A stretch of DNA of 64,000 bases from Octopus sinensis. Taxonomy: Eukaryota. Below the pieces are notes generated by a model. The model saw only the letters and a list, made by a program, of their open reading frames with translations. It made no database searches and had not been told where the DNA came from. The DNA lies in contig NC_043005.1 in the NCBI RefSeq assembly GCF_006345805.1, forward strand, positions 71,238,001 through 71,302,000, given 5' to 3'. The translations under genes and the position numbers were made by a program. Numbering within the stretch: position 1 is the first letter of the stretch; each line of letters opens with the position of its first letter. Positions 1 to 14,696 of this stretch are shown piece after piece.

Positions 1-406
1 GATGATGATGGTGGTGAAGGTGATGATGATGATGATAGTGATGATGGTGATGGTGATGGTGATGATGATGACGATAGTGACAACGATGATAATGATGATG
101 ATGCTAATGATGACGATGACAACAGCAGCAACCAACAGCGACAACAAAGATGACTATGACGACAACAAGAATGATGATGATGATTAAAACGGAAAGAGGA
201 TTAACAGTGCTGATCAGTAGAGTAAAATGAAATCTGAGAAAAATGATGGTAAGAATGATGATGATAATGTTGATGATGATGATGATGATGATGACAATGA
301 TGATTACAACAATAACAACGAAGAGGAAGATGATGAGGAGAATGTCTGTGTCAGAAGTTGTGATGGTATCAGAACTGATATCAGCCTTTTGATAATGATG
401 CCAGCT

Positions 407-451
<45 letters not shown>

Positions 452-1450
452 ATTTTGGTGGTAGTGTTAGTGGTGGTGATGGTAGTGGTGGTGGTGGTGG
501 TGGCAGCAGCAGCAGCAGTAGTAGTAGTGGTAGCAGCAATTCTAGTGGTAATGGTGGTGGTGGTGGTTGTGCTGGTGGTAGTAGTAGTAGTAGTAGTAAT
601 AGCAGTAGTACGACTACAACCAATAATTAACAATAATTATGATAGGGGTAAGAATTCATGACAATTTAGACACTGATGTAAATGATAATAATCAAATTAA
701 TATCATTAATAATAATAACAATAATTATAATGGCGATGGATGAAGGCAGTGTAGGTGATAAGATTAATTATAATTATAATGCTGAGACAAAGTTAATGAT
801 GCTGACAATGATGATGATGATCATCATCATAATAATAATCATGAGGACGCTGATGCTGATGATAATGATGATGATAATGAAGATGCTGGTAATGCTGATG
901 ATGATGATGATGATGATGGTGACCATGGTGATAGTGATGATCATGACAACAATGATGATGGTGATGATGATGATGATGATAATGGTAGTGGTGGTGCTGG
1001 TGGCGTCGGCAGCGGTGAAGTCGATGATGATGATGATGATGATGATAGTGACAATTACTGATGATGACAATGACAGCAACAACGACAACTACAACAACTA
1101 TAACAACAGTGACGATGATGATGATGATGGTGATGTTGATGATGATGGTGATGGTGGTGGTGGTGGTGGTGATGGTGATGATGATGATGATGATAATGAC
1201 GACGGTGATGATGATGATGATGGTGGTGGTTGTGGTGGTGGTGATGACGATGAACGATGACGATGATGGTGATGATGATGATGATAATGATAACAGTGGT
1301 GGTGGTGGTGGTGGTGGTGGTGATGGTGATGATGATTATATTGGTAATGAAAATGGGAATATAACACATTGTGAATTGTGATATTTTGATCAAGGTAACA
1401 ACAACAACAACAACAACAACAGTAACAGCAAAAACAACAACAACTGCAGA
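1..1450. repeat. Mosaic of trinucleotide microsatellites (GAT, GTA, GTG, AAT, CAA)
   Basis: Directly visible runs; they generate the poly-M/V/D/H ORFs of the ORF track. Confidence 0.95.
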
Positions 1451-2179
1451 ATGACAACGAGTATGCTATCATTGTCACTGATCAGGATAATAATGTTTAG
1501 TGAATGTTCGAAATAATGTTCGAACATAGTCTGTTTTGCTTTAGATTTTGTTTTGTTTTTTTTTTTGTTTTTTTTTTTACTGTTTATGTTTTTATATTTG
1601 TTTTTATTGTTTTTCATTTTTGTTATTATTTTTTTTTTTTTTTGTATCGCTATGATGAAAGTACACTCAACATGAATGCTAAAAGCTATATCGTCTTAAA
1701 GAAAGCAACCTGTGGAAGTCTGAAGCACTGGTATACAGATCATTAAGTACAGTGCAACCTCACTCACCCACTTTCTCATCCATATCCATCCACCACTGCA
1801 AGAAAAAAAAAAAAAGAAAACAATAACATCACCGCCATCGTCACCAGCACCAGCACCACCACCACCATCACTGCCACTGCCACTGCTACCACCGCCAGCA
1901 ACACCATTAATAAAAAAAAAAATATTGGTTGTAAACAAAGCAGGAAACACTAGAGATTTCCAGAAGATGTTGAAACACGGTAAAATGGAAGTCTTTTAGT
2001 ATTTATTTACTGAAGGTTCAAACGACATGTTAACTGGAATTTTGAAACAGCTACGCACACTTGCTAAAAACCCTTGAGATAAAGAGAGAAAGAGAGAGAG
2101 AGAGAGAGAAAGAAAGAAAGTGTGGGAGAATGTGCACACATGAATGTGCGTGTATACGTGCCAATATGTGTTTGCTATT

Positions 2180-3500
2180 AAGACGGCAAGCTGGCAGAAA
2201 TGTTAGCATGCTGGGCGAAATACTTAGTGGTATTTTGTCTGCTGTTACATTCCGAGTTCAAATTCCGGTAAGGTTGTCTTCACCTTTCATCCTTTCGGGG
2301 TTGATAAATTAAGTACCAGTTACGCACTGGGATCGATATAATCGACTTAATCCGCTTGTCTGTTCTTGCTTGTCCCCTCTATGTTTAGCCCCTTGTGGGC
2401 AATAAAGAAATAAGAAATGTTAACTCGCTGGACAAAATACTTAATGGTATTTCGTCTGCTGCTATATTCTGAGTTCAAATTCCCCTCTGTGTGTAGCCCC
2501 TTGTGGGCACTAAAGAAATAAGAAATGTTAGCATGCAAAATATTTAACAGTATTTCGTCTGTCTTTACCTTCTGAGTTCAAATTCTGCCAAAGTCGACTT
2601 TGTCTTTCATCCTTTCAAGGTCGATAAATTAAGTACCAGTTGCCTTGTGCCTAGAGTAGAAAAGAATATAGGCATGCTAGGGATTCTGTATGTTATTTTT
2701 TCCAATTTTTTTAAGGCGGCAAGCTGGCAGAATTGTTAGCATGCCAGGCGAAATGCTTACCAGTATTTCGTCTGCCACTACGTTCTGAGTTCAAATTCTG
2801 CCGAGGCCAACTTCGCCTTTCATCCTTTCGGGGTCGATTAAATAAGTACCAGTTACACACTGGGGTCGATGTAATCGATTTAATCCGTTTGTCTGTCCTT
2901 GTTTGTCCCCTCTGTGTGTAGCCCCTTGTGGGTAGTAAAGAAATAGGTATTTCATCTGCTGTTACATTCTGAGTTCAAATTCCATGAAGGTCGACTTTGC
3001 CTTACGTCTTTTTGGGGTCGATGAAATAATTACCAGTTACGCACTGGGATCTATGTAATCAACTTACCCCCACCCCACCTGCAAATTTCAGGCCTTGTGT
3101 CTATAATAGAAAAGATCTGGGAATTGAACTCACTACCTTATGATTGTGAGCTGTTGCTCTAACTACTGACACCAGGTAAAATGCTTTGTAGCATTTCATC
3201 TAGCTTTACACTCTGAGCTCAAAATCTGCCAAGGTTTACTTTGCCTTTCATCACTATGAGGTCAATAACGTAAGTACCAGTTGAGCATTGAAGTCAATGT
3301 AATTGAGTTACCCCTCCCCCAAAATTGCTGGCTTTGTACCAAAATTTGAAACCAATATACCTTTGAGTAAAGCAGCAAGCTAGCAAAATCATTACCCTGC
3401 TGGACAAAATGGTTAGAAGCACTTCTTCTGACTTTATTTTCTGAATTCAAAAGCCTCAGAGGAGGTCGACTTTACTTTACATTCTTTCAAGGGCAATAAA
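2180..3500 (+). mobile_element. Cluster of nested full and partial copies of SINE family B (head aaggcggcaagctggcagaa; core gtcgactttgcctttcatcctttcggggtcgataaattaagtacc)
   Basis: At least 6 recurrences of the head/core here; same family at 4478, 8857, 23833 and 54261. B-box-like gagttcaaattcc. The core resembles conserved central domains of SINE superfamilies (from memory, unverified). Confidence 0.85.
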
Positions 3501-4477
3501 ATAGCTGTGATAGTTGTAAACGAGTATCACTGTCATCCAAGTGGTGTCCTTTGCTTTCCATCTTCAGTCAAAATATTTCTAGTCATGGAGAAATAATAAT
3601 CTTACATGGAAACAAATGAGGGTTGATAACAGGAAGAACATCCAACCATAGAAAAAAATCTTCCTCAATAAATTCCATGTGACCCCTACAAGCATGGAAA
3701 AGTAGAAGTTAAAACTGATGATGATGGTGGTGGTGGTGGTAGTGGTGGTGGTGGTGATAATGATGATGGGGATGATGGAAAATTGAGTGTAGATGTACCC
3801 ACAAAATTGTACACACAATGCACCCATGCCACTATTAAAAACAAACAAATCCTTCATTTCTAATGTTAAAGAAAGATGAAGTTATTCTTGTTTGACTGCT
3901 CTTCTTCATAAGATTTCTAAATGTGGGCTGACTTATTGTTAAACAACTAAAATAACAAAATTACAATTCCTACCTCCTTAATCAAAAACTCCAACACTAA
4001 ACATACTTAGGCAACGACATTGCTGTCACAGAGTAAAGATTTATAAATGTGTGTCTCTCTTAATATCTTCCATAGCAGTATCTCACCGATATCTTCTCAG
4101 CAAAGAGAAGATTGAGTGACAGAAGAAGACAGAGCAAGACAAGATTGGGATTAAATACAACAGGAGAAAAAGACTGTTGCAACACAATCTGTACCAGATG
4201 AGTATACAGGCTATTGTTGAAGTTGATTTATTTTAGCCCTTGGTCAACCCTGATCTACCACACAATATTATGAAAGACGTTCCAGTTATGATGATTATAA
4301 CACATCCCTCATTAAGCTCCAAATTCCCAAGTTTTCTCCCAAATTTTGCTTTTCTGACCCTCAAGTTCAGTCACATCACACACCAAATATACTCCAGTTG
4401 CCCCACTTCAATCACCAGAAAGTTACAATGCAGATTTCCTTATCCAAGATAAACGTTTTTCTTCATACTTCATATAT

Positions 4478-4709
4478 ATTTCTTTACTGCCCACAAGGGG
4501 CTAAACATAGAGGGGACAAACAAGGACAGACAAAGGGATTAAGCTGATTACATCGACCCCAGTGCATAACTGGTACTTAATTTATCGACCCTGAAAGGAT
4601 GAAAGGCAAAGTCGACCTCGGCGGAATTTGAACTCAGAACGTAACGACAGACGAAATGCCGATAAGCATTTCGCCCGACGTGCTAATGATTCTGCCAGCT
4701 TTCCGCCTT
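4478..4709 (-). mobile_element. SINE family B, full length, long-tail subfamily
   Basis: Reverse complement of the 8857-9090 copy over its whole length. Confidence 0.9.
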
Positions 4710-4904
4710 CATACTTCATATAGTCATGAATGATTTGAGGGGAATTTAACTGCTATTGCTAGTAAATTGAACCAAATTGTTGTTGCTTTAGTAGTTATCA
4801 TGTGATCTCAGTAACAAGCTGAATGATTAGACAGATGTGACTGTTTGTTAAGATGTTTGCTTCCCAACCACATGGTTCCAAGCTCAAACCAGTCGATGTG
4901 GTGC

Positions 4905-5583
4905 TGGCTACGGCCACGTTTGGATGGTTCTCTTATGTGCCACCAGCACTGGTACCACAAACTACAAATTCCATTCATGTTAATCAATTTCGATTTTGAT
5001 TTGATACTTTGATTTTCACTTGCCTCAACAGGTCTTCACAAGTAGAGTTATGTGTCCCAAGAAGGAAGGCATGCACAGGTGGACTGACTATGTCCCAGGT
5101 AGGGGTCACGGGTTGTGGCCTCACTTGTCCTGCTGGGTCTTCTCATGCACAGCATACTTCCAATGGTCTTGGTCTCTGGTCATTTCCTCGGTGAGACCTA
5201 AAGAGCAAAGGTTGTGTTTCACCACCTCGTCCCAGATTTTCCTGGGTCTACCTCTTCCACAGGTTCCCTCAACCGCTAGGGTGTGGCACTTTTTCACACA
5301 ACTATTTTCATCCATTCATACCACGTGTCCATACCAGCGTAGACATCTCTCTCTTGCACACCACATCTGATGCTTCTTAGGTCCAACTTTTCTCTCAAGG
5401 CACTTACACTCTGTCAGGTATGAACACTGACATTACACATCCATCGGAGCATACTGGCTTCATTTCTTGTGAGCTTACGCATATCCTCAGCAGTCATGGT
5501 CCATGTTTCACTGCCATGTAGCATGGCTGTTCGTACACATGTGTCATACAGTCTGCCTTTTACTCTGAGCGAGAGGCCTTTAA
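4905..5583 (-). mobile_element. RTE LINE 3' fragment (RT C-terminus and part of 3' UTR)
   Basis: Translates KGLSLRVKGRLYDTCVRTAMLHGSETW...GRGRPRKIWDEVVKH...DK*, matching the ORF end of the RTE at 37342-38238. Confidence 0.9.
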
Positions 5584-5668
5584 ATAAATAAATGAATATA
5601 AATAAATATAAATAAATATAATATATAAATATAAATAAATAAATAAATATATATGTGTATATATATAT

Positions 5669-5734
<66 letters not shown>
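5584..5734. repeat. (TAAA)/(TA)n microsatellite between the RTE and maT remnants
   Basis: Directly visible. Confidence 0.95.
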
Positions 5735-5735
<1 letters not shown>

Positions 5736-6147
5736 GGCAACAGGACTCTGCGCCAAGCCACACAAGCAGGAGAACCCAGTCATGGCTGTCAGACAATTTC
5801 TGCAACCACAACACTCCAGACTGCAACTCCCTTGTCTATCATGTGTGGGGTGCAGTTAAGCAAGAGATCAACAGAATTCCTTGTAACACTAAAGATGAAC
5901 TGAAGGCAAGGATTATGGCAGCATTCACCAATTTAAACAAGGAGACCATCAAGAAGAGTTGCAGGAGATTCCAAAGTCATCTGGAGGCTGTGGTTGAAGC
6001 CAATGGTGATTTAATTGAATAAATATACTCTTTAGTATTTCAAGATATTTTTATGTAATTTTAGTAAATATATCTGTTAAAATGAGATGTCAGTGCTATT
6101 TTCAATTTTGCGTAATTTAGATGACAGTTTATTGACTGCACCATGTG
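5735..6147 (+). mobile_element. Tc1/mariner-superfamily (maT/DD37D-like) transposase 3' remnant with right end
   Basis: Frame 5735-6022 reads WQQDSAPSHTSRRTQSWLSDNF..PDCNSLVYHVWGAVKQEINRIPCNTKDELKARI...RFQSHLEAVVEANGDLIE*. This contains the second catalytic D (QQDSAP) and an SPDxNPLDYxVW-like motif with a small deletion. TIR-like end near 6147. Confidence 0.8.
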
Positions 6148-7436
6148 TGTGTATTCATGTGTGTGTGTTTACATGTGAACGTAGTTATGTATCCTGGTCT
6201 TGAAATCACATGGTAGTTGTAAATTAGTATGAATGTCATACAAACATTGTCATTCTTTTAAGATATTCTGCAAATATTCTTTGCAGAATGTTCTTGCAAA
6301 TATGCTGCAGGAACATGTCTGACTATGGGAGAATGTTTCCTTGCTTGGTGAGTGTTGGTGACAGGAAATGCATCCAGGCTTAGAAAAAAAATCATCTGCC
6401 ATAATAAACCCCAATCTGACCCATGCAAGAATGGAGCAAGAGATATTAAAAGGTGGCGGACACTCATCTGGTGCTCCAGATCTGTTTCTCCTGCCATTTA
6501 TACAAGGATTACTCAAAATATTGCAACATGTAGAAGATTATGGCATAAATAGGAGCAATTTTGCAGTAGGGGCATGTGGTAATTTTTCTACTGTCCAGTT
6601 TGTCCTTGTATGCTTGATGTTGCTGCTGCTGCTGCTGCTACTGCTGTTGTTGTTAAGCAACAAGATGGGTAAGAGTGATTAGGTGATGGTCTAGGGCTTA
6701 GGGGCGGGAGACCCCAGACCTTGGAAAAGGAAAAAAAACTTTGGTCATCTTGTAGTCAAGGGCTTTTCATTGACGCTCGACACCACTGGGAAGTGGCCCT
6801 AGAAGTCACTGGAAATGGAGATCTCCAGGTCCAAATTCTTGAACAGCTGCTGCTGCAATTGCTGTTGTTGTTATTTAACCCCAGGTTATCCATGATTGAG
6901 TAGACTTATAATCAAAGGTATTAACGATTCTGTCTTTTTATTTATCACGGTTAAAATTGTTCAATAAAGATTCTTTTATTTAAGAAAGTCTGTAATTTCA
7001 AACAATTTAGCAGTTATTTCTAGCAAAAGAAGCAACAGCAAAAAACTTTTCCTGTTAGATTGATTTGTGTCGTGGTAAGCTTTTTCGGTGAGTAATCTTG
7101 ACAGTTGTTGGTTGTCTGATCTAGTCTTTGATATTGTAAACAAGAAAAAATGTTTGGTAAAAATAACATTATTAATGCTTCTGTTTATGTCTATGTTCAC
7201 TGTGTATTTTTTTTTTTCCAACTGCATAACAGGAGTGTTTATAGAATATTGTTGTAACAATGTACTGTGTTCTTGTAGATATGTTTAAATGTCTGAAGGT
7301 GGTTTAACAGACTGTCACAGAAACTAAGCAAATTAGACATTGATACACATTCAAAATACACCTGTTACATATGCAACAGTTATATTTTTAGTACTCATGG
7401 TTGTTATTATCATTATTATTATTAAATATGAAATCA

Positions 7437-8128
<692 letters not shown>

Positions 8129-8856
8129 GTTCTTGAAGAGATCACGTATGGCTTTATTTTACTCTTAATCTAGACCCTTTCTAAAGCATTTCCAAATGAA
8201 ATTTTCATTGAAATACTTGCTAAAAGGAAGGCCTGCTCTTGATATCAGAGTGACAGGCATTTTGTTTTTACACACTTGCCTTACTAAATTACATGCTTAA
8301 TACTTTTACTTATAAATTATTAGTAAACACAAGTAGGGTACATGACAAAATACTGCAACAGCTGTCATGAAAAATAACAACAGTACAAAAACGAAATACA
8401 CAACTAAATTATTAAAGATAAGGAAAATATATAAATGAACCATTAATATATAGAAATATTCTAAGGAGTCTAACAGTGAGGTTTGAAGACACAGAAAATA
8501 ACAATGGCAATGACAATATTTGCACTTTAAATCTATCATATAATAACTTTATAGTAGCAAACATCGCTGAGACTGCATGACTAATAGAATTTATAGACTT
8601 AACACAGTTCCAAGAAAAATGTAGTTTGGAAAAGTTTGAGAAACCACATAGAATTCTTTTGCTCAGGAGATAATCCCCCCAAAATTCTCATATCTGTGTT
8701 TTAGCATACTGTAGGAATCACAAAAAGTGATACAAGACATCTTGGAAGAAATCTTCTCAACAAAAAATGGAGAAGTTATGGCATTATCTGCTGAGATTGA
8801 TGATACAGGACAAAAGGCCTGGCTGCTAGATTTGTCGTAGTAAAAATTGCCCCAGA

Positions 8857-9090
8857 AGGTGGCAAGCTGGCAGAATCGTTAGCACGCCGGGTGAAATGCT
8901 TAGCAGTATTTTGTCTGCCGCTACATTCTGAGTTCAAATTCCACCAAGGTCAACTTTGCCTTTCATCTTTTCAGGGTCAATAAATTAAGTACCAGTTATG
9001 CACTGGGGTCGATGTAATTGACTTAATCCCTTTGTCTGTCTTTGTTTGTCGCCTCTGTGTGTAGCCCCTTGTGAGCAGTAAAGAAATAAG
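8857..9090 (+). mobile_element. SINE family B with 12-bp target-site duplication
   Basis: aattgccccaga at 8845-8856 and 9091-9102. Confidence 0.9.
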
Positions 9091-9505
9091 AATTGCCCCA
9101 GAGTTTCTTTTCCTGTGAAGATCCAGAAAGACTAAGCCAAAAACATAAATACTGCTTTAAGAGCTGCCAGTGGAATATGGTAGGTAGGAATTGTCCGTCT
9201 CTATTATTTGAGAAGGTAATTAAGATATGTGTTTGAGATTAGCAGAGAAGAATTATCTTGTAGCAAAATGAGGGATCATTGTCGGTTAAAGTAACATAGT
9301 GACTGGCGGCAGCCAAGACAACTCAAGTAAGTGTTGAAAATTTGAAGTTTTTACGGCCTTACCAAATACTTTGACAAGGTTGTCTCAGGATTTAGTACTA
9401 AAACTAAGAGAGTTATTTTACATTGGTACCAATATCATTCATATCCACTGTTGAAAGTTATTGGTTGAAATAAAAATAAGTAGGTGTATTTATTCATTTG
9501 CATGT

Positions 9506-9916
9506 ACTCTTTTACTTGTTTCAGTCATTTGACTGTGGCCATGCTGGAGCACAGCCTTTAGTCAAGCAAATTGACCCCAGGACTTATTCTTTGTAAGCCT
9601 AGTACTTATTCTATCGATCTCTTTTGCCGAACCGCTAAGCTATGGGGATGTAAACACACCAGCATTGGTTGTCAAGTAATGTTGGAGGGGACAAACACAG
9701 ACGTCAAATATATACACACACATACATACATATATATATATATACATATATACGACGAGCTTCTTTCAGTTTCTGTCTACAAATCCACTCACAAGTCTTT
9801 GGTTAGCCCGAGGCTATAGAAGAAGACACTTGCCCAAGGTGCCATGTAGTAGGACTGAACCTGGAACCATGTGGTTTGAAAGCAAGCTTCTTACCACACA
9901 GCCACTCCTACACCTA
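9506..9916 (-). mobile_element. SINE family A (tRNA-like head, central CA/TA microsatellite, (AAGAGT)n tail)
   Basis: Recurs more than 10 times in the window; A-box-like tggctgtgtgg and B-box-like ggttcagtcc in the head. Confidence 0.9.
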
Positions 9917-10736
9917 CATGTGTGTATGTTGCTAACTGTGTTGAGGTTTATTAAATATAGTAATACTGACGAAACCTGGATTTGATTCTAAACAGGAATA
10001 TTGTGAATTTGAAATCAGAAACTGTTCGGTTACAAATTAAAGTAGCGAAGACTGACTGAGAGAACAAAAAAGCAACAAATCTTGATATTCAGAACACAAT
10101 CTCTCAAAACTCTGGGGATTGCAGGAGAAATCACTTTATTCCTTGTACTAGAAACAAACATGCAATCAACTTGTCCCTTAACAGTAGCAACCATCAGCAG
10201 CATTCTATCATAATGTGACGAAGAAGAAACATGGCTACAGCCAACAATATATGACTTGTTGAAGGTAACACTAAAAGGGAAATGGTCACCCTAAAGAAAA
10301 GTCAATACAAAATTTTTTTTAAATGTAGGCAAGGAGAAGCAATTTCAAGACAACAATGATACCCTGCCTCAGAAAAATATTGAAGAAAATGAAGAGAGGG
10401 ACTAAGAACTAAGATTTACTTTCTTTATAAAATGAAGCACACGACAAATGGGCGAAATCACACATCTGTGGTATGAGGAACTGTCTGAAGGAGTAAACAT
10501 AAGACAAGCACAGATTTAGAAAGTAACTACAAGAAATGAATAATGCTAGATGAATGAGATAATCTTCAGTTTTTGTTGTTCATCTGTTTATTTTTCTGAA
10601 TTTACATAGAACACTACTGCCCTTTCAGACAGAGAAAAACAAGTTTCATTGGTAAGTATTGTTCATGTCTGAAAAATAAGCATCTTAAAAGAAACTAGAA
10701 ATATTTTTGTAGAAGTGGTGAATATTTAGGCATTAG

Positions 10737-11103
10737 TAGGTGCAGGAGAGGCTGTGTGGTAAGTAGCTTGCTTACCAACCACATGGTTCTAGGTTCATTC
10801 CCACTGCGTGGCACCTTGGGCAAGTGTCTTCTACTATAGCTTCGGGCTGACCAAAGCCTTGTGAGTGGATTTGGTTGACGGAAACTGAAAGAAGCCTGCT
10901 GTATGTGTACATATATGTATATGTGTGTGCGTGTGTGTTTGTCCCTCTCCAACATCGTTAGACATCTGATGCTGGTTTGTTTACGTTCCTATAACTTAGT
11001 CGTTCAGCAAAAAGAGATTGATAAAATAAGTCCTGGGGTCGATTTGCTCAACTAAAAGGTCGTGCTCCAGCATGGCTGCATTCAAATGACTGAAATAAAT
11101 AGA
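10737..11103 (+). mobile_element. SINE family A
   Basis: Same head and tail as the other copies. Confidence 0.88.
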
Positions 11104-12315
11104 AGTAGATTAAATTTCTCCTTGTGTCGAGTAACGTATCCCTCCAGGACATAGTGGAAAAAATTTCTCAACTGTAAAAGGTAAAAGCTATGGCTGTTTC
11201 ACTGTACTGAAAATGCAGCTAAACACAAAGTGAAATCGTCAGAGCCTTTGACTACACATTTGTGCCCCTGTACATGGGTCACAGAAATACAAGAGTCACA
11301 ATAAAATACATTGGACATATTGTGAACATGTGGTTTGCCATGGCTTTTGCACCACATTCAAGTAAAGGGATCAAAGCAGGCTTATGGAAAGGTAACCTGT
11401 GGGCAAAGTGCAGCAAAATAGATTTGCAAGTCCTAATGATACCCTGAAGGCCACAGAGCAATACCAGATCTGTACCCCGTGGAAGGCATTGGCATAAAGG
11501 GTATGAAATTGATGATAAAAGATAGGAAGTTTAGTTGTTATATTTGTCAGAGTAAAATATGCCTTCGAGGTGAATGCTTCAAAGAACTGTGAAAACTAAG
11601 GAAAAACAAAAAAAATGAAGACTAAGGAAAAACAAGGAAACTGAAAATAATGGAAATCAACCGCAAGGACAAGAACAACAAATTCTACTTTCTAGAGCAC
11701 CGCTAATCATAAACACGGGAGAGCAAAGTAAATATCTTTAGGCCCCATTATCATAAATAGCTGAGCAAATGACTTGACTTCTGAACAGTTTCAACTTGAG
11801 AGATGATAACAGGTGAAAATATAAAGGGAAAAAATTAGAAAAAATCACAGAACACCACATAAAACAGTGAAACCAGGTGATAAAGAGTATATTTTTCTGA
11901 AGAACAATGAAACCTCACCTCATTAAAATAATGAAAATGGAGAACAGAACTATGACCTTAGATTCAGCAATCTTTGAAAATCAAATAGTTAAAAAATGAA
12001 ATTATATATCTCTGGTGCTGAAGAGGTTAGAACGACACAAAACAGTTAAATCCAGAATATCAACAGCTTGCAAAAGATTGACCTCAAGTGAAACTAAACT
12101 TAAGACATTTTATCAAACTTAAAAAGAGAATACCCTCAAAATGCTGGTGTTTTGTGAAATTAAATCCTGAAAAAAAAAAGTAAGTAGTGCATTCAGTTGC
12201 ACTCAAACACAATTTAATAAGGATAATAATAATAAGGATTTCATTTATATATTTATAGGTACATATATACAAATATATTATTATTATTATCATTATTATT
12301 ATTATTATTATTATT

Positions 12316-14042
12316 CTATGTTTGACTTTTGCTTTATGTCTGTACAAGTTGGCTCCAAGTCTCACCCAGAGACCTCAAGAGACAACAGGTTGGAAGTTCT
12401 GTGCCATATATTTGGGGTTTTTTTTTTGGTTTTTTTTTTGGTGTTGTACTAGTGAATGTCTAATACATAAAAATTAAAAATAAAAATAAGTAAAAAAAAT
12501 TAAAAAAAGGGGTTTGTTTTAAACCTTGGGATTACATAGAGAGTATTTTGCGTAGGATATGAGCAGTTCCCATGAGCACTATCTTTTGAATTTCTGCCAT
12601 TTTGGGGTTTCCTGGTATCTGAGTTAGGTAGCAATCAGTCCCTTTCGCTATCATTCCCAGGGCACCTATGACAACAGGTATTGTTTTAGTCTTCAGCTTC
12701 CACATTTTGCTGATTTCTATTTCAAGATCTTTATATTTGCTCAGTTTTTGGTAGGTCTTGACAGATACGTTTATATCGATTGGGACAGTCATATCAATGA
12801 GGAGGCATGTTCTTTGTCTGAAGTCTTTTAATATGATGTCTGGCCTATTTGCATCTATATTCCTGTCAGTTTGAATGGTGAAGTTCCAGAGGAGTGAGAT
12901 GTGGTCATTTTCAAGCACTGGAGGTGGATTGTGTTCCCACCAGTTTTTTTCATGGGGCAAATCCAGGTTTTTGCAAATTACCCAGTGAATATATTGTGCA
13001 GCTCTATCATGCCTACTGAGGTACTCTGTAGGCGCTAGAAGACTGCATTTGGAGACAACATGATCAATGGTTTCATTTTGTTGTCGGCATACACGACATG
13101 TTGGGCTACTGCCGTTCTTTAATATGTTGGCCTGGTAGTTTCTTGTTGGTAGGCATTGATCTTGAGCTGCTATGATAAGATTTTAAGCCAGAGGCCATTA
13201 GCCATTGATGGGTCAGGGCTTTGTCGATATCTGCATTATTCGCTCTCTTTGGGTATTTGCCATAGAGAGGTTTTTCTTGCCATTTATTATTCAGAATATC
13301 TAAGGCCGCAGTTTTGGCACGGGTTTTCATGCACCTAGCTTTTTCTGTGCTTGTTTCTTGTATGTCTATCTCTAATTCCGAAATTGGTTGTATTCGGAAT
13401 TCACTTAGATATTCCTTTGCCTGTTTTGTGACTGAGTATGATGCTTTCTTGTATTCATGTTTTGAGACAAGTTTTAACATCCAGTCCTCAGAGTTTTTCA
13501 GGTAGGTGTCTAGGCCAATTGTAGCAATCTTCATTGTTATTGCCAGTTGCAAAAGACCACGGCCTCCTTCTTTTCTTGGCAGATAGAGTCGTTCTGTATC
13601 TGCCTTAGGGTGGTGCATTCTATGCATTGTCAACAGTTTCCTTATTTTTCTGTCGAGCTGACATATTTCAGTAATTGACCAGTTAACAATATTGAAATTG
13701 TAAGTCACGACTGGTATGGCTAATGCATTGATCGCTTCAATCCTGTTTCTTGCATTCAGCTCTGTCTTGAGTATTGCTCTCACTCTTCGATAGCATTCTC
13801 TCCTGATCCTTTCCTTCATCTCTGAATGCCTTATTCCGTTCCCTTCAATTACCCCTAGGTACTTGTAGCTCTCCGCTGGGTCTAGTTCTTTTATGACATT
13901 CTGATGGTCAAGGTTAACATTAGATGTTTCTGTCATTTTTCCTTTGATAAAGGTAGCTTTTGCACATTTATCGAGGCCGAATTGCATTCTGATGTCGTCA
14001 CTGAATTGTTTGACTATCGCTAGTAAGCCCTTGAGTTGTTGG

Positions 14043-14047
<5 letters not shown>
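12316..14047 (-). mobile_element. Dong/R4-type non-LTR retroposon, 5'-truncated (RT C-terminus, CCHC knuckle, RLE endonuclease)
   Basis: NDQQLKGLL...MQFGLDKCA; CRVCRQQNETIDHVVSKC; RHD; NRPDIILKD..IDMTVP..K.SKYKDL; IQKIVLMGTAHILRK. (AAT)n at both ends. Confidence 0.9.
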
Positions 14048-14087
<40 letters not shown>

Positions 14088-14096
14088 TATTATAAT

Positions 14097-14523
14097 TTCA
14101 TTGTCTTTGTACAGCTTCTAATGCTGGAGATGTACTACAGTGTCAGCTATTCACTACCAGTAAACTAAAGTAACACCTCTTATTTTTCAAGTACCATCCA
14201 GTGTATTCGAGCGGTTCCAAGCAGTGTTGTTTTCTGCAAGTGTTCCACCCTTAGTGCAGCCCCTATTTGTTCCGTGTACTTCTCAAGATTTTTACTCACT
14301 GTTCCCAGGGCTCTGACATTTATTGGTACTACTACCACCTTTTTCATTGACCACAACTGCTTAACCTCCCAAGCTAACCTGTGATATCTAGCAACTTTTC
14401 TTTCTTCCTTATAGCATACCTTGTTGTCAGCTGAGCATGCTATTCTATGATCCAGTATCATTTGCTTTCTTTCTCAATTAACACTATATCTGGTTTCCTC
14501 TTCTCTATCTCATGGTCATAATC
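14097..14523 (-). mobile_element. Second Dong/R4-type 3' fragment (RLE domain)
   Basis: DHEIEKRKPDIVLIEK...KVARYHRLAWEVKQLW..VVPINVRALG..LQKTTLLGTARI; flanked by (ATT)n. Confidence 0.85.
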
Positions 14524-14576
14524 ATCATTATCATCATCATCATCAATATTATTATTATTATTATTCAGTAGTTTTA

Positions 14577-14610
<34 letters not shown>

Positions 14611-14634
14611 CATTATTATTATTATTGTTATCAC

Positions 14635-14670
<36 letters not shown>

Positions 14671-14696
14671 GATTATTATTATTATTATTATTATAT

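Noticed and set aside
1-1478. Long ORFs of poly-M/V/D/H/T (also 16695-17283, 25663-27098, 30441-31703, 33285-34962, 44838-45393)
   Set aside because: Translations of microsatellites; no domain content.
6280-6460. Possible Cys-rich exon ending in gtgagt
   Set aside because: The adjoining sequence is a diverged RTE-type 3' tail; no partner exons seen.
8715-8840. Protein-like frame ESQKVIQDILEEIFSTKNGEVMALSAEIDD after a ctgtag acceptor
   Set aside because: Short, ends in a stop, no donor or recognisable family.
10000-10560. Possible hAT transposase remnant (FIPC...HAINL)
   Set aside because: One weak motif amid many stops; not supportable without a search.
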